From Bdellovibrionales bacterium (GTDB lineage Bacteria; Bdellovibrionota; Bdellovibrionia; Bdellovibrionales; JAUICD01): 64,000 nt of DNA. The number at the start of each line of letters is the position of its first letter. The first letter of the stretch is position 1. The stretch spans positions 352,001 through 416,000 of the forward strand of contig OZ241865.1 in NCBI GenBank assembly GCA_965203275.1, in the 5' to 3' direction. The position numbers were made by a program, and so were the translations under genes. Positions 40,058-50,938 of this stretch are shown one piece after another. Below the pieces are notes generated by a model. The model was not told the origin of the DNA and searched no databases. It saw only the letters and a program-made list of their open reading frames with translations.

Positions 40058-41011
40058 TTAAAAAGCTCCCCTTCCCCTTCTTCTACTTGGAGTTTCTGGC
40101 CATGAAGGTGGTTGTGCTACTATTGCATCTTCTTCTACTACTCCTCTATCAACTTTTGTTCCTGCTTCATGTATACAATCAATTGCTGTTGGACATTTAC
40201 CATTTCTAAGACGAGAACATGAAGCAAAATTAGAATACGCATTCCTTCCCTCACGAGTGAATCCAATATCACACTGAACGTATGAAGCACATAACTGAGT
40301 TGTTCCACAGCCATTGTTGCTAATAAGATAAGGATCTATATCAATAGTGTCTATACTATAAGGAATATCATACCCAATATAACGACAGTTAATGAGATCT
40401 CTAGTTGAACTGGGGGTACGATTACGAGTTGGACTAGAGTTATTATTACTGATAATATCGCGTATTGTACCCATTCGGCTACTGGGAAGGAGATCTTTCT
40501 TGCTGTAAAAGTATGTATCATTCCTTAGTCCATATCCCCCTTCTGCAACTTCAATTTGATCTTCACGGTCTAATATTATGTCTTTTTCTGCTAGTTGATC
40601 CATAACCCACCGATTTTCGCGTAAGGGAATATTATAATAATTCTTGATTGGCCCTGCTACGTCTGCATCTCTTTTGCCAATGTTAAGATGAACGATCTCT
40701 CTTTTTCTAGTACGAGGATTAGTGATTAGCAGTCCTAAACTACTAAGCTTTGTCTCATTATCAATATAGCCACTCGCACCTTCACAGTTCATTCTCACCG
40801 ATCTCGATGATGACGACGCACAAGAAGATGTCGAACCTATGAGTCTAGGACATCTTGACTGGACTACATCAACATATTCATCACAATACACAGCACTTAC
40901 TCTTGCCTGTACAACAGAACTCAAACCCACTACACTGCAAAATGACAGAATAGCTGGTAATAAAGATTTTGATTGCATTATTTTCCAAAATAAATATTTT
41001 AACTTTTTCAT
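40058..41011 (-). CDS. Secreted Cys-rich hypothetical protein
   Basis: GAGGA RBS, signal peptide ending VQA, Cys clusters at both termini. Confidence 0.78.
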   Translation of the reverse strand: MKKLKYLFWKIMQSKSLLPAILSFCSVVGLSSVVQARVSAVYCDEYVDVVQSRCPRLIGSTSSCASSSSRSVRMNCEGASGYIDNETKLSSLGLLITNPRTRKREIVHLNIGKRDADVAGPIKNYYNIPLRENRWVMDQLAEKDIILDREDQIEVAEGGYGLRNDTYFYSKKDLLPSSRMGTIRDIISNNNSSPTRNRTPSSTRDLINCRYIGYDIPYSIDTIDIDPYLISNNGCGTTQLCASYVQCDIGFTREGRNAYSNFASCSRLRNGKCPTAIDCIHEAGTKVDRGVVEEDAIVAQPPSWPETPSRRRGRGAF

Positions 41012-41024
41012 TTTTAAATCCTCC

Positions 41025-41475
41025 TTTGGCTCACTAAAAGTAAACTAGCCGCTGGCTACTTTTGGGTAGCCAGCCCGACGACTCTCGTCGTCGATCAAAG
41101 GCTGGCTACCTCAAAAGTCCGTTTACTTTTAGTAGAAAGGATCCTTTCGTCTCTTAACACCATGTTAAGGAGTTTGTTTCACTAAAAGTAAACCAACCTC
41201 TGGTTGCTTTTGGACATTGCTCTGACAGCTATCGCTGTCTAAAAAGAGCAATGTCTCAAAAGTCCGTTTACTTTTAGTAGAAAGGATACTTTCCTCTTTT
41301 AACTACATGTTAAGGAAACAATTCCTTCTTACACCTGCTTACCGGATCCCAGATCCCGGATAAACATCATGTTAAGGAAACAAGGTGTTCGTTTCATCTT
41401 CCTTTTCCTTTTATTGCCGGACTGCCTGTCTACCGGATCCCGGATGAACACTATGTTAAGGAAAAAGTTCCTTCA
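41025..41475. repeat. Cluster 7 of the structured element family
   Basis: Two adjacent complete units with different inner stems (~41032 and ~41180). Confidence 0.88.
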
Positions 41476-41612
41476 TCAGATATGTTTCATTTTGAAACAT
41501 ACTCATTAAGAATGATCTTTGATTAAGTAAGAAATATAATAAGAAATAAGAAATAGTTTGCTGGTGGATAAATTATAAAAAAAGGCTAAATACCTAGAAA
41601 ACCCTTTATTGC

Positions 41613-41658
<46 letters not shown>

Positions 41659-41784
41659 AACCTTTCAGTGAAATTTGTTGTCATAAATAAACCACCTTTC
41701 ACTATTATTATCGGCTAAAATACTTTTACCACTTTAATTTTATTTAAAATTTAGGCTTTTGTCTTACTTAAAAGCATGTCTTGT

Positions 41785-42150
41785 CTCACTAAAAATAAAC
41801 CAGCCGTTTGCTTCACTAAAAGTAAACCAACCTCTGGTTGCTTTTTGGCGATGACCACGACGACTTTCGTCGTCGATAAAATGGTCATCACCTCAAAAGT
41901 CCGTTTACTTTTAGTAGAAAGGATCCTCTCCTCTTTTAACACCATGTTAAGGAAAAAGAACTTCATTCGTAAACCCGCTTGCTCTTGAGGTAATAAAAGA
42001 AATTTTCCTTAACATAGTGTAAAGGAATAAAAGGATCCTCCCTACTCAAAATAAATAGATTTTCTAGGCAGTTAGCCTTTGATCGACGGCGGTAGCCGTC
42101 GGGCTAACTGCCATAAAACATGCCAGAGGCATGATTTATTTTGAGTGAAA
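41785..42150. repeat. Cluster 8 of the structured element family
   Basis: Two complete units in opposite orientation (~41814 and ~42043). Confidence 0.88.
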
Positions 42151-42162
42151 TGTTATTGCTGA

Positions 42163-45100
42163 CTATCCTCTAGGTATTCCATCAGGCATTTCACTTGGTA
42201 TATTGGGGCGATTATCATGCCATATAATACAGCGGAAAATATGAAGTCGACATATTAAAGCCCGACGACAACTCACACTACTTCCTCCATGTTGCCCTAC
42301 ACATTTCCATCTATGAAACTCATCACGTTCAGTTACATCCTGAATAGCTCCTGAGCGACAACCATGACCTCTTGGTTTTGTGTTACATTTACCATTGATA
42401 GGTCTATTTCTCTGACAAGATTGATTTGTGCCACCATTGAGTCCTTCACAAGTCCATCTAAATAGATCATCTGTATCTGCATGTCCGTTGGGATTAGATC
42501 TTCCTGCAGAACAAGCATATTTTTGAGCGGTATTACATACACCGTTTATAGTTTTAGGTTTTTGACAATTCGTCGCTGTTGTTCCACCATGTTCTCCTAC
42601 ACAATGCCACTTATAATCTGTGCGGGTATCGGCAATGGCATTGTCATTGGCTTGCCCACTTTGACAACCATTGCGTACTTCGTTGTTGCAAGCCCCATTG
42701 ACAGGTTTGTGTTTTTGACAATTCGTCGCTGTTGTTCCACCATGCTGTCCCACACATTGCCACTTATAATGCATATCTGTATCTTCAATGGCACCATCGT
42801 TAGCCTGTCCGGCTTGACAACCATTGCGTACATCATTATTGCAAGCTCCATTGACAGGTTTGCGTTTTTGACAATTCGTCGCTGTTGTTCCACCATGTTG
42901 CCCTACACAATGCCACTTATAATCTGTGCGGGTATCAGCAATAGCGTTGTCATTGGCCTGTCCAGTTCGGCAACTATTTCTAACAGCATTATTGCAAGCC
43001 CCATTGACAGGTTTTAGTTTTTGACAATTACTGACTGTTGTTCCACCATGTTGTCCTACACATTGCCATTTATAATGCAGGTCTGTATCGGCAATGGCAT
43101 TGTCATTGGCTTGCCCTACTCGACAACCATTTCGAACAGCATTATTGCAAGCTCCATTGACAGGTTTGCGTTTTTGACAATTCGTCGCAGTTGTTCCACC
43201 ATATTGTCCTACACATTGCCATTTATAATGCATGTCTGTATCTGCTGCATCTTTGAGCGAACCACTTTGACAACTATTTCGGACAGCGTTATGGCAGGCA
43301 CCATTGACAGGTTTGCGTTTTTGACAATTAGTCGCTGACGTTCCACCATGTTGTCCTACACATTGCCATTTATAATGCAGGTCTGTATCTGCTACATCTT
43401 TGAGCGAACCACTTTGACAACTATTTCGAACAGCATTATTGCAGGCACCATTAACAGGTTTGAGTTTTTGACAATTAGTCGCTGTTGTTCCGCCATGTTG
43501 TCCTACACATTGCCATTGATAATGTGTATCTGAATCTGCTAGATCTTTAAGCAGACCAGTTTGACAACGATTTTGAATAGCATTGTTACAAGCTCCATTG
43601 ATTGGTTTAAGTTTTTGGCAATTTGTAACTGTTTGTCCGCCATGTTGTCCTATACACTGCCATTGATAATGTGTATCTGAATCTGCTACATCTTTGAGCA
43701 AACCAGTTTGACAACGATTTTGAACAGCATTATTGCAAGCCCCATTAACAGGTTTGCGTTTTTGACAATTAGTCGCCGTTGTTCCACCATGTTGCCCTAC
43801 ACAATGCCACTTATAATCTGTGCGGGTATCAGCAATGGCATTGTCATTGGCCTGTCCAGTTCGACAGCCATTTTGAACAGCATTATTGCAAGCTCCATTA
43901 ACAGGTTTGCGTTTTTGACAATTCGTCGCCGTTGTTCCGCCATGTTGTCCTACACAATGCCACTTATAATGCAGGTCTGTATCTGCAATGGCATTGTCAT
44001 TGGCCTGCCCAGCTTGACAACCATTTTGGAGGGCATTATTGCAAGCCCCATTGACAGGTTTGCGTTTTTGACAGGTTGTAGCTGTTCCACCATGTTGTCC
44101 TATACATTGCCACTTATAATGCATATCTGTACTAGCTATATTACGACTACTGGCTTGTCCAGCTTGACAACCATTGCGTATGTTATTATTGCAAGCCCCA
44201 TTGACAGGTTTGAGTTTCTGGCAGTTAGTGGCACTTCTTCCGCCGTGTTGTCCTACACATTGCCATTGATAATGTGTATCTGAATCTGCTACATCTTTGA
44301 GCGAACCACTTTGACAACCATTTCGAACAGCATTATTACAAGCCCCATTGACGGGTTTAAGTTTTTGGCAATTTGTAACTGTTTGTCCGCCATGTTGTCC
44401 TACACAATGCCACTTATAATGTGTGTTGCTATCGGCAATGGCATTGTCATTGGCTTGCCCTGTTCGACAGCCATTTTGAACTGCATTATTGCAAGCTCCA
44501 TTGACAGGTTTGAGTTTTTGACAGGTGGTGGCTGTTGTTCCACCATGTTGCCCTACACAATGCCACTTATAATGTGTGTTGCTATCGGCAATGGCGTTGT
44601 CATTGGCTTGCCCTGTTCGGCAACCATTTTGAACAGCATTATTACATGCTCCATTGACAGGTTTTAGTTTTTGACAGGTAGTGACTGTTGTTCCCCCATG
44701 TTGCCCTATACATTGCCATTGATAATGTGTATCTGTACTAGCTATGTTACGGGCTTGTCCAGCTTGACAACCATTGCGTACGTTATTATTACAAGCCCCA
44801 TTGACAGGTTTTGATTTTTGACAATTAGTCGCCGTTGTTCCGCCATGTTGCCCTACACAATGCCACTTATAATCTGTGCGGGTATCGGCAATGGCATTGT
44901 CATTGGCTTGCCCTGTTCGGCAACCATTTTGAACAGCATTATTACATGCTCCATTGACAGGTTTTAGTTTTTGACAATTAGTTGCTGTTGTTCCACCATG
45001 TTGCCCTACACAATGCCATTTATAATCTGTGCTGGTATCGGCAATAGCATTGCTATTGGCTTGTCCAGTTCGACAGCCATTTTGAACAGCATTATTGCAA

Positions 45101-48100
45101 GCTCCATTGATTGGTTTGAGTTTTTGACAGGTGGTGGCTGTTGTTCCGCCATGTTGTCCTACACATTGCCACTTATAATGTGTGCTACTGTCGGCAATGG
45201 CATTGCTATTGGCTTGCCCTGTTCGGCAACCATTTTGAACAGTATTATTACAAGCTCCATTGACAGGTTTTAGTTTTTGACAATTACTAGCCGTTGTTCC
45301 GCCATGTTGCCCTACACAATGCCACTTATAATGTGTGTTGCTGTCAGCAATAGCATTGCTATTGGCTTGTCCAGTTCGACAGCCATTTTGAACGGCATTG
45401 TTACAAGCTCCATTGACAGGTTTGAATTTCTGGCAGTTAGTGGCACTTCTTCCGCCATGTTGTCCTACGCACTGCCATTTATAATGTGTATCTGAATCTG
45501 CCACATCTTTAAGCAAGCCAGCTTGACAACGATTTTGAACAGCATTATTACAAGCTCCATTGATGGGTTTAAGTTTTTGACAGGTAGTGACTGTTGTTCC
45601 ACCATGTTGCCCTATACATTGCCATTTATAATGTGTATCTGAATCTGCTACATCCTTGAGCAGACCAGTTTGGCAACGATTTCGAACTGCATTATTGCAA
45701 GCTCCATTGATGGGTTTGAGTTTTTGACAAGTGGTGACATTTGTTCCGCCGTGTTGTCCTACACAATGCCACTTATAATGTGTGTTGGTATCAGCAATAG
45801 CATTGCTATTAGCTTGTCCAGTTCGACAGCCATTTCGAACTGCATTATTGCAGGCTCCATTAACAGGTTTTGCTTTTTGGCAATCTGTAGCTGCTCTTCC
45901 TCCATGTTGCCCTACACATTGCCACTTATAATGTGTATCTGAATCTGCTACATCCTTGAGCAGGCCAGTTTGACAACGATTTTGAACAGCATTATTGCAA
46001 GCCCCATTGATAGGCTTGAGTTTTTGACAATTAGTAACAGTTGTTCCACCATGTTGCCCTAAACAATGCCACTTATAATGTGTATTGGTGTCAGCAATAG
46101 CATTGTCATTGGCTTGTCCTACTCGGCAACCATTTTGAACAGCATTATTGCAAGCCCCATTGACAGGCTTAATTTTTTGACAATTTTCTGCATTTTGTCC
46201 ATTTCGGCCCACACACTGCCATTTATAATGTGTGTCGGTATCGTGTGTGTCATTTAATTTGCCTGCTTGACAATCATTTGTAATGGCATTATTACATTGT
46301 CCATGTTCAGATATAGAAAACTGACAATTACTATCCGTTGTTCCACCATTTCTGCCAACACAATCCCACTTATGAAATCCATTAGCATTGGGTTTGCGTT
46401 GAGCCGTACCTGATAAACAACGATCTCTTTGTGTATTGTCACAACGGCCATTATTTGTGTTCCATTGACAGGAGGCAGTTGTTCCACCACGTTGTCCTTC
46501 ACAAGACCACTTCTTTATATTAGGATTTTGACGATCAAAACCTGCATTGACGAATTTACCACTTTGGCAATTAAGAGTTAAATAATTACAGGCTCCATGT
46601 ACTGGTTTTATTTTTTGACAATTAATGGCTGTTGTTCCGCCATGTTGCCCCAGACATTTCCATCTATAATGTGTACTGGTATCATCAATGGCACTGTCAT
46701 CAGCTTGCCCAACTCGGCAACCATTTTGAACAGTATTATTGCAAGCCCCATTGACAGGTTTTATTTTTTGACAATTAATGGCCGTTGTTCCGCCATGTAA
46801 ACCTGCACAATGCCACCTATAATGTGTGTTGGTATCAGCAATAGCATTGTCATTGGCTTGCCCTGCTCGACAACCATTTTGAACAGCATTATTACAAACT
46901 CCATTGCTTGGCTTTAATTTTTGACAATTAATGGCTGTTGTTCCGCCATGTTGCCCTACACATTGCCATCTATAATGAGTGTTGGTATCAGCAATAGCAT
47001 TGTCATTGGCTTGTCCTACCCGACAACCATTTTGAACGGCATTATTGCAAGTTCCATTAATTGGTTTTATTTTTTGACAATTAATGGCTGTTGTTCCACC
47101 ATGTTGTCCTACACAATGCCACTTATAATGTGTGCGGGTATCAGCAAGAGCATTGTCATTAGCTTGCCCTGCCCGACAACCATTTTGAACAGCATTATTA
47201 CAAACTCCATTGATTGCTTTTAGTTTTTGACAATTGGTAGCCGTTGTTCCGCCATGTTGCCCTACACAATGCCATCTGTAATGAGTGTCTGTATCAGCAA
47301 TGACATTGTCATTTGATTGCCCTTTTTGACAGCCATTTTGAACGGCATTATTACAAGCTCCATGGACAGCTTTAAATTTTTGACAATTGGTAGCTGTTGT
47401 TCCGCCATGTTGCCCTACACAATGCCACCTGTAATGGGTGTCTGTGTCAACAACAGCATTGTCATTGGCTTGACCTTTTTGACAGCCATTTTGAACGGCA
47501 TTGTGACAGACTCCATTAATTGGTTCATTTTCACTATTAAGTGCAACAGATCCCCTTTGACATGTATGATGACTTGGTCTGTCTTCTGCAGTTCCAAAAA
47601 AGCAAATATCTTCATCTGTCGGACAATAACTATAATAAGCTTGCTGGTAAGATGAATCTCCTTTGATGGCTGTGACCTCTATTTCAAATTCTTGACATTC
47701 TCTGCTTGATATAGAATATAAAGGAGCAAAATTCTGCTTGGGATCTTCTATAGATCTTCTTTTGTCATCACCTGTTGTAGTTGTAGGAAACATATCAACT
47801 CTGCCATTAACACAGTTGATAGGGTATATCTGTGAGCCTTTTTGAAAAGAACAACTATCTGCTGCTGCAATATCAACTGCTATATACTGAGAAGATAATC
47901 TATCGTGTTTATAGATGGCATTACTTTCTAAAGACATAATAGCATTCTGTCCATCACTATCTAAAATAAGAGGCGGATTAAAATAAGGAGATGTATCTTC
48001 AGTGACTTGAAGTGTTTTTTGTCTGTAAACAGTACATTGACTCTCTGAAGATTCTACAGGATTGGCTTTGACTTCTAGGATTAAATCAGAACCTACAGAA

Positions 48101-48831
48101 GCTGTCGTAGGGATATTAAAAGTAACAGTTCCAGCTTCTGAAGTGATCACCTGTTGAGATGGTAATGTGACCCTCCACCGAATAGAAGAAAATAAAAGAG
48201 GATCTCGAATAGTGAAAGTTGCTGATTGACCTACATTTACTGCACCGCTTTGTAACTTAATTTCTAAAATATCAGTTTGGGAACAAGTTTCTCCTATAAC
48301 AACTATTTTGTTAAATTGACCTAGTAGGTTATTCATGTCCACTGTTTTATATGATTTTGCAAAGATATTATAAATTCCAGGTTGAACAAAACGGTGTTTA
48401 TAAGTAGCAGTGCTACTAGTGGCTTTATTCACAATTGTTTCAAAACCTTTCTTGATAGTCCATTGAAAGTAATTAGAGAGAGGATCTGCGTGAATGACCT
48501 GCATATTCACATTGGTATTAATAGGAAAATAATTAACAGGATCTATTTCATTCCCCTGTTCATTGATAAAGACTATACTTCCTTTATTACTATTAGGAGA
48601 AGATCTTATTTCATCATCATCATCTTCTTCATCACTCTGCTCCTTTTGCTGTTGTTGCTGTTGCTGTTGTTGTCGCTGTCGTTGTGGATTTTCATTATCT
48701 GAAGATACAAGAGAATTAGGCTCACAATTTTGAAATAACAAAATACATGTCAAGGTCAATAAAACCATAAAAGCTATGACATGTACCTTTCCATAAAGAT
48801 GGCTTATAAGTTTATCATTTTGTGTTGACAT
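42163..48831 (-). CDS. Giant Cys-rich repeat lipoprotein (putative adhesin), 2222 aa
   Basis: FQNC lipoprotein motif, polyQ/acidic stretch, beta-rich (PKD/Ig-like) region, then about 35 repeats of ~50 aa NG.C-x7-C..G..W.C.G..GG....C. Confidence 0.92.
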   Translation of the reverse strand: MSTQNDKLISHLYGKVHVIAFMVLLTLTCILLFQNCEPNSLVSSDNENPQRQRQQQQQQQQQKEQSDEEDDDDEIRSSPNSNKGSIVFINEQGNEIDPVNYFPINTNVNMQVIHADPLSNYFQWTIKKGFETIVNKATSSTATYKHRFVQPGIYNIFAKSYKTVDMNNLLGQFNKIVVIGETCSQTDILEIKLQSGAVNVGQSATFTIRDPLLFSSIRWRVTLPSQQVITSEAGTVTFNIPTTASVGSDLILEVKANPVESSESQCTVYRQKTLQVTEDTSPYFNPPLILDSDGQNAIMSLESNAIYKHDRLSSQYIAVDIAAADSCSFQKGSQIYPINCVNGRVDMFPTTTTGDDKRRSIEDPKQNFAPLYSISSRECQEFEIEVTAIKGDSSYQQAYYSYCPTDEDICFFGTAEDRPSHHTCQRGSVALNSENEPINGVCHNAVQNGCQKGQANDNAVVDTDTHYRWHCVGQHGGTTATNCQKFKAVHGACNNAVQNGCQKGQSNDNVIADTDTHYRWHCVGQHGGTTATNCQKLKAINGVCNNAVQNGCRAGQANDNALADTRTHYKWHCVGQHGGTTAINCQKIKPINGTCNNAVQNGCRVGQANDNAIADTNTHYRWQCVGQHGGTTAINCQKLKPSNGVCNNAVQNGCRAGQANDNAIADTNTHYRWHCAGLHGGTTAINCQKIKPVNGACNNTVQNGCRVGQADDSAIDDTSTHYRWKCLGQHGGTTAINCQKIKPVHGACNYLTLNCQSGKFVNAGFDRQNPNIKKWSCEGQRGGTTASCQWNTNNGRCDNTQRDRCLSGTAQRKPNANGFHKWDCVGRNGGTTDSNCQFSISEHGQCNNAITNDCQAGKLNDTHDTDTHYKWQCVGRNGQNAENCQKIKPVNGACNNAVQNGCRVGQANDNAIADTNTHYKWHCLGQHGGTTVTNCQKLKPINGACNNAVQNRCQTGLLKDVADSDTHYKWQCVGQHGGRAATDCQKAKPVNGACNNAVRNGCRTGQANSNAIADTNTHYKWHCVGQHGGTNVTTCQKLKPINGACNNAVRNRCQTGLLKDVADSDTHYKWQCIGQHGGTTVTTCQKLKPINGACNNAVQNRCQAGLLKDVADSDTHYKWQCVGQHGGRSATNCQKFKPVNGACNNAVQNGCRTGQANSNAIADSNTHYKWHCVGQHGGTTASNCQKLKPVNGACNNTVQNGCRTGQANSNAIADSSTHYKWQCVGQHGGTTATTCQKLKPINGACNNAVQNGCRTGQANSNAIADTSTDYKWHCVGQHGGTTATNCQKLKPVNGACNNAVQNGCRTGQANDNAIADTRTDYKWHCVGQHGGTTATNCQKSKPVNGACNNNVRNGCQAGQARNIASTDTHYQWQCIGQHGGTTVTTCQKLKPVNGACNNAVQNGCRTGQANDNAIADSNTHYKWHCVGQHGGTTATTCQKLKPVNGACNNAVQNGCRTGQANDNAIADSNTHYKWHCVGQHGGQTVTNCQKLKPVNGACNNAVRNGCQSGSLKDVADSDTHYQWQCVGQHGGRSATNCQKLKPVNGACNNNIRNGCQAGQASSRNIASTDMHYKWQCIGQHGGTATTCQKRKPVNGACNNALQNGCQAGQANDNAIADTDLHYKWHCVGQHGGTTATNCQKRKPVNGACNNAVQNGCRTGQANDNAIADTRTDYKWHCVGQHGGTTATNCQKRKPVNGACNNAVQNRCQTGLLKDVADSDTHYQWQCIGQHGGQTVTNCQKLKPINGACNNAIQNRCQTGLLKDLADSDTHYQWQCVGQHGGTTATNCQKLKPVNGACNNAVRNSCQSGSLKDVADTDLHYKWQCVGQHGGTSATNCQKRKPVNGACHNAVRNSCQSGSLKDAADTDMHYKWQCVGQYGGTTATNCQKRKPVNGACNNAVRNGCRVGQANDNAIADTDLHYKWQCVGQHGGTTVSNCQKLKPVNGACNNAVRNSCRTGQANDNAIADTRTDYKWHCVGQHGGTTATNCQKRKPVNGACNNDVRNGCQAGQANDGAIEDTDMHYKWQCVGQHGGTTATNCQKHKPVNGACNNEVRNGCQSGQANDNAIADTRTDYKWHCVGEHGGTTATNCQKPKTINGVCNTAQKYACSAGRSNPNGHADTDDLFRWTCEGLNGGTNQSCQRNRPINGKCNTKPRGHGCRSGAIQDVTERDEFHRWKCVGQHGGSSVSCRRALICRLHIFRCIIWHDNRPNIPSEMPDGIPRG

Positions 48832-48900
48832 TCTGCTTCCTATTCTATCTTTAACAAAATTCGCTTTATCATCTATGAATATTTTTTATGTATACTCTAG

Positions 48901-48927
48901 TCATCGGCAGGAAGTTTTTAAAACTTA
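48901..48927 (-). promoter_or_regulatory. Putative sigma28 promoter
   Basis: TAAG-N15-GCCGATGA on the - strand, about 70 nt before the giant gene. Confidence 0.65.
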
Positions 48928-49258
48928 AGACCTACTTAAAAAAAAATTATATCTAATGCTTTCCAAAAATAAAGTTGATAGATTTCAATGATTTACAAAA
49001 ATAAAAAAAATATGTTACGGCAGTTTGAGTATTTGTGGTGAGGTTTTAGACAGTTCATTAAAATTGCTAAATGCAAAATTTGCATAAAATAAACAACAAG
49101 GTCTTGCTTTATAAATGGCTTTCAATTAAAGTGGCTTTTAAAATAGTTATAAGAGCAGTCAATTTGTATTTTTTAAGCTATAAACTATTTTGATGTTTTA
49201 CATTATTAGATGTTTAATTGGTTTTAACTTTTTAATTAATTAATAAGAGGAGTGTCAT

Positions 49259-50335
49259 GTGAGCCAAGCAAGTAAAAAGTTAAATTTTGCGGAATACATT
49301 TGGTTAGATGGGGCCAGCCCTGTTCAAGAGTTGCGTTCTAAAACCAAAATGTTATTTTATAAGGAAGATCGAGATTTAAGTTCTTTCCCTGAATGGAGTT
49401 TTGATGGTTCTTCAACTTGGCAAGCTTTAGGTAGAAATTCTGATTGTATCTTAAAGCCTGTCTTTTCAGCACCAGATCCATTAAGAGATGGAGAACACTA
49501 TCTTGTTCTTTGTGAAGTTTTAAATGCAGATGGCACCCCACACCCTACAAACAAAAGGGTTGGTTTGTCTGATCTGATAAAAAAGGTGTCTGATCAAGAC
49601 CCTTATATTGGTTTTGAGCAAGAGTACACTCTCTTTTCAGGAGAGTTGGAGTCAGAAATGTGGCCAGTGGGTTGGCCTAAAGGAGGTTATCCTATTCCTC
49701 AAGGTCCTTTTTATTGTGGTGTAGGAGCAGGTCGTGTCTATGGGCGTGAAATTGCAGAAGAACATGCTCAAGCGTGTGCCTTAGCCAACTTAAATATTTA
49801 TGGTATCAATGCAGAAGTGATGCTTTCTCAATGGGAGTTTCAAGTAGGTTATCGTGGTCGAAAAGACGAACCATCTGATCCTCTCACAATAGCAGATCAC
49901 CTTTGGATTGCTCGCTATCTTCTCAAGCGTATTGCTGAAAGTTGTGATGTTTCTGTTTCTTTTTACAATAAACCTATTTTAGGAGATTGGAATGGAGCAG
50001 GTATGCATACAAACTTTTCTACAAAAGCTATGCGAAGCAAAGGTCAAGGTCAGGGAATAGAGGCTATTCATGCAGCTATTGCCAAATTAGAAGCTCATCA
50101 TCATGACCATATCAAGAATTATGGTCATAACTTAAAACTGCGTTTGACAGGTCTTCACGAGACTTGCCATATTGATGAGTTCAAAGCAGGGGTTTCTAAT
50201 CGAGGAGCTTCTATACGTATTCCTTTGTCAACGCATCAAGCTGGTTGTGGTTATTTTGAAGATAGAAGACCTGGTGCAAATGCTGACCCTTATGTCGTTG
50301 CAACACAAATTGTCAGTACAGTTTGTGGCAATTAA
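49259..50335 (+). CDS. glnII: Glutamine synthetase type II
   Basis: 358 aa; AEYIWLDG, LRSKT, PEWSFDGSST.QA, QGPFYCGVG, GINAEVM..QWEFQVG, GDWNGAG.H.NFST, RLTG.HET, GYFEDRRP. Confidence 0.94.
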   Translation: MSQASKKLNFAEYIWLDGASPVQELRSKTKMLFYKEDRDLSSFPEWSFDGSSTWQALGRNSDCILKPVFSAPDPLRDGEHYLVLCEVLNADGTPHPTNKRVGLSDLIKKVSDQDPYIGFEQEYTLFSGELESEMWPVGWPKGGYPIPQGPFYCGVGAGRVYGREIAEEHAQACALANLNIYGINAEVMLSQWEFQVGYRGRKDEPSDPLTIADHLWIARYLLKRIAESCDVSVSFYNKPILGDWNGAGMHTNFSTKAMRSKGQGQGIEAIHAAIAKLEAHHHDHIKNYGHNLKLRLTGLHETCHIDEFKAGVSNRGASIRIPLSTHQAGCGYFEDRRPGANADPYVVATQIVSTVCGN

Positions 50336-50450
50336 TTTTAAGTACAACAGTTTAAATTTTGACAAGTGGCCCTTTAAATAAATATAAGGGTCTTTTTTTA
50401 TATTTTCTCTAATTTTAACTTCTAAAATAACAGGTCATTAAAAAGAAATT

Positions 50451-50609
50451 TTAAGAATAAAATGATCGTTTCTGTCTTGCAGTATGGATGGACTTCCATT
50501 TATCAACAGATGACATACTGTTTTTATTTTTAACTTTTGTGTCTATTATAGATAAAACTATATACCAAACTATAGATGCTAAACTTGTTGCAAAAAGTAT
50601 TTTAAGCAT
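50451..50609 (-). CDS. Small membrane peptide (52 aa), not in the ORF track
   Basis: MLKILFATSLASIVWYIVLSIIDTK..; AAGGAGG RBS; sigma54 motif upstream. Confidence 0.55.
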   Translation of the reverse strand: MLKILFATSLASIVWYIVLSIIDTKVKNKNSMSSVDKWKSIHTARQKRSFYS

Positions 50610-50659
50610 AAATGTAAATACCTCCTTAATTCTGATAACCCTCTATAATATATTATAGC

Positions 50660-50674
50660 AATTACTATGCCAAA
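50660..50674 (-). promoter_or_regulatory. Putative sigma54 promoter
   Basis: TGGCATAGTAATTGC (GG-N10-GC); palindrome TGTCTAA-TCT-TTAGACA at 50702-50718. Confidence 0.65.
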
Positions 50675-50938
50675 TAATAATGCACTTATTGGCTATAACA
50701 GTGTCTAATCTTTAGACAAGTGTTAATATCTTTTAAACACTTACAACTGTAGCAAATATTTTGACTTAAAAGAGAGCCGCTCATCTCTCAAGTATTAAAA
50801 TATTTTACCTTCAGTGTTTGTTGTATATTATTCATACAATAAGGCTATAGACTTTTGTAGAGAATTATCTTCTGCCCTTCAAAAAATCTTTATGCAAAAG
50901 CTATACTAAAGTATGAATTTACATTAAAGAGGTGTCCC

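Noticed and set aside
42163..47520. Possible diversity-generating retroelement acting on the Cys-rich repeats
   Set aside because: No reverse transcriptase or non-coding template repeat in the window; variation is not evidently adenine-specific
42333..48702. Many antisense and alternate-frame ORFs inside the giant gene
   Set aside because: Shadows of the repetitive coding strand
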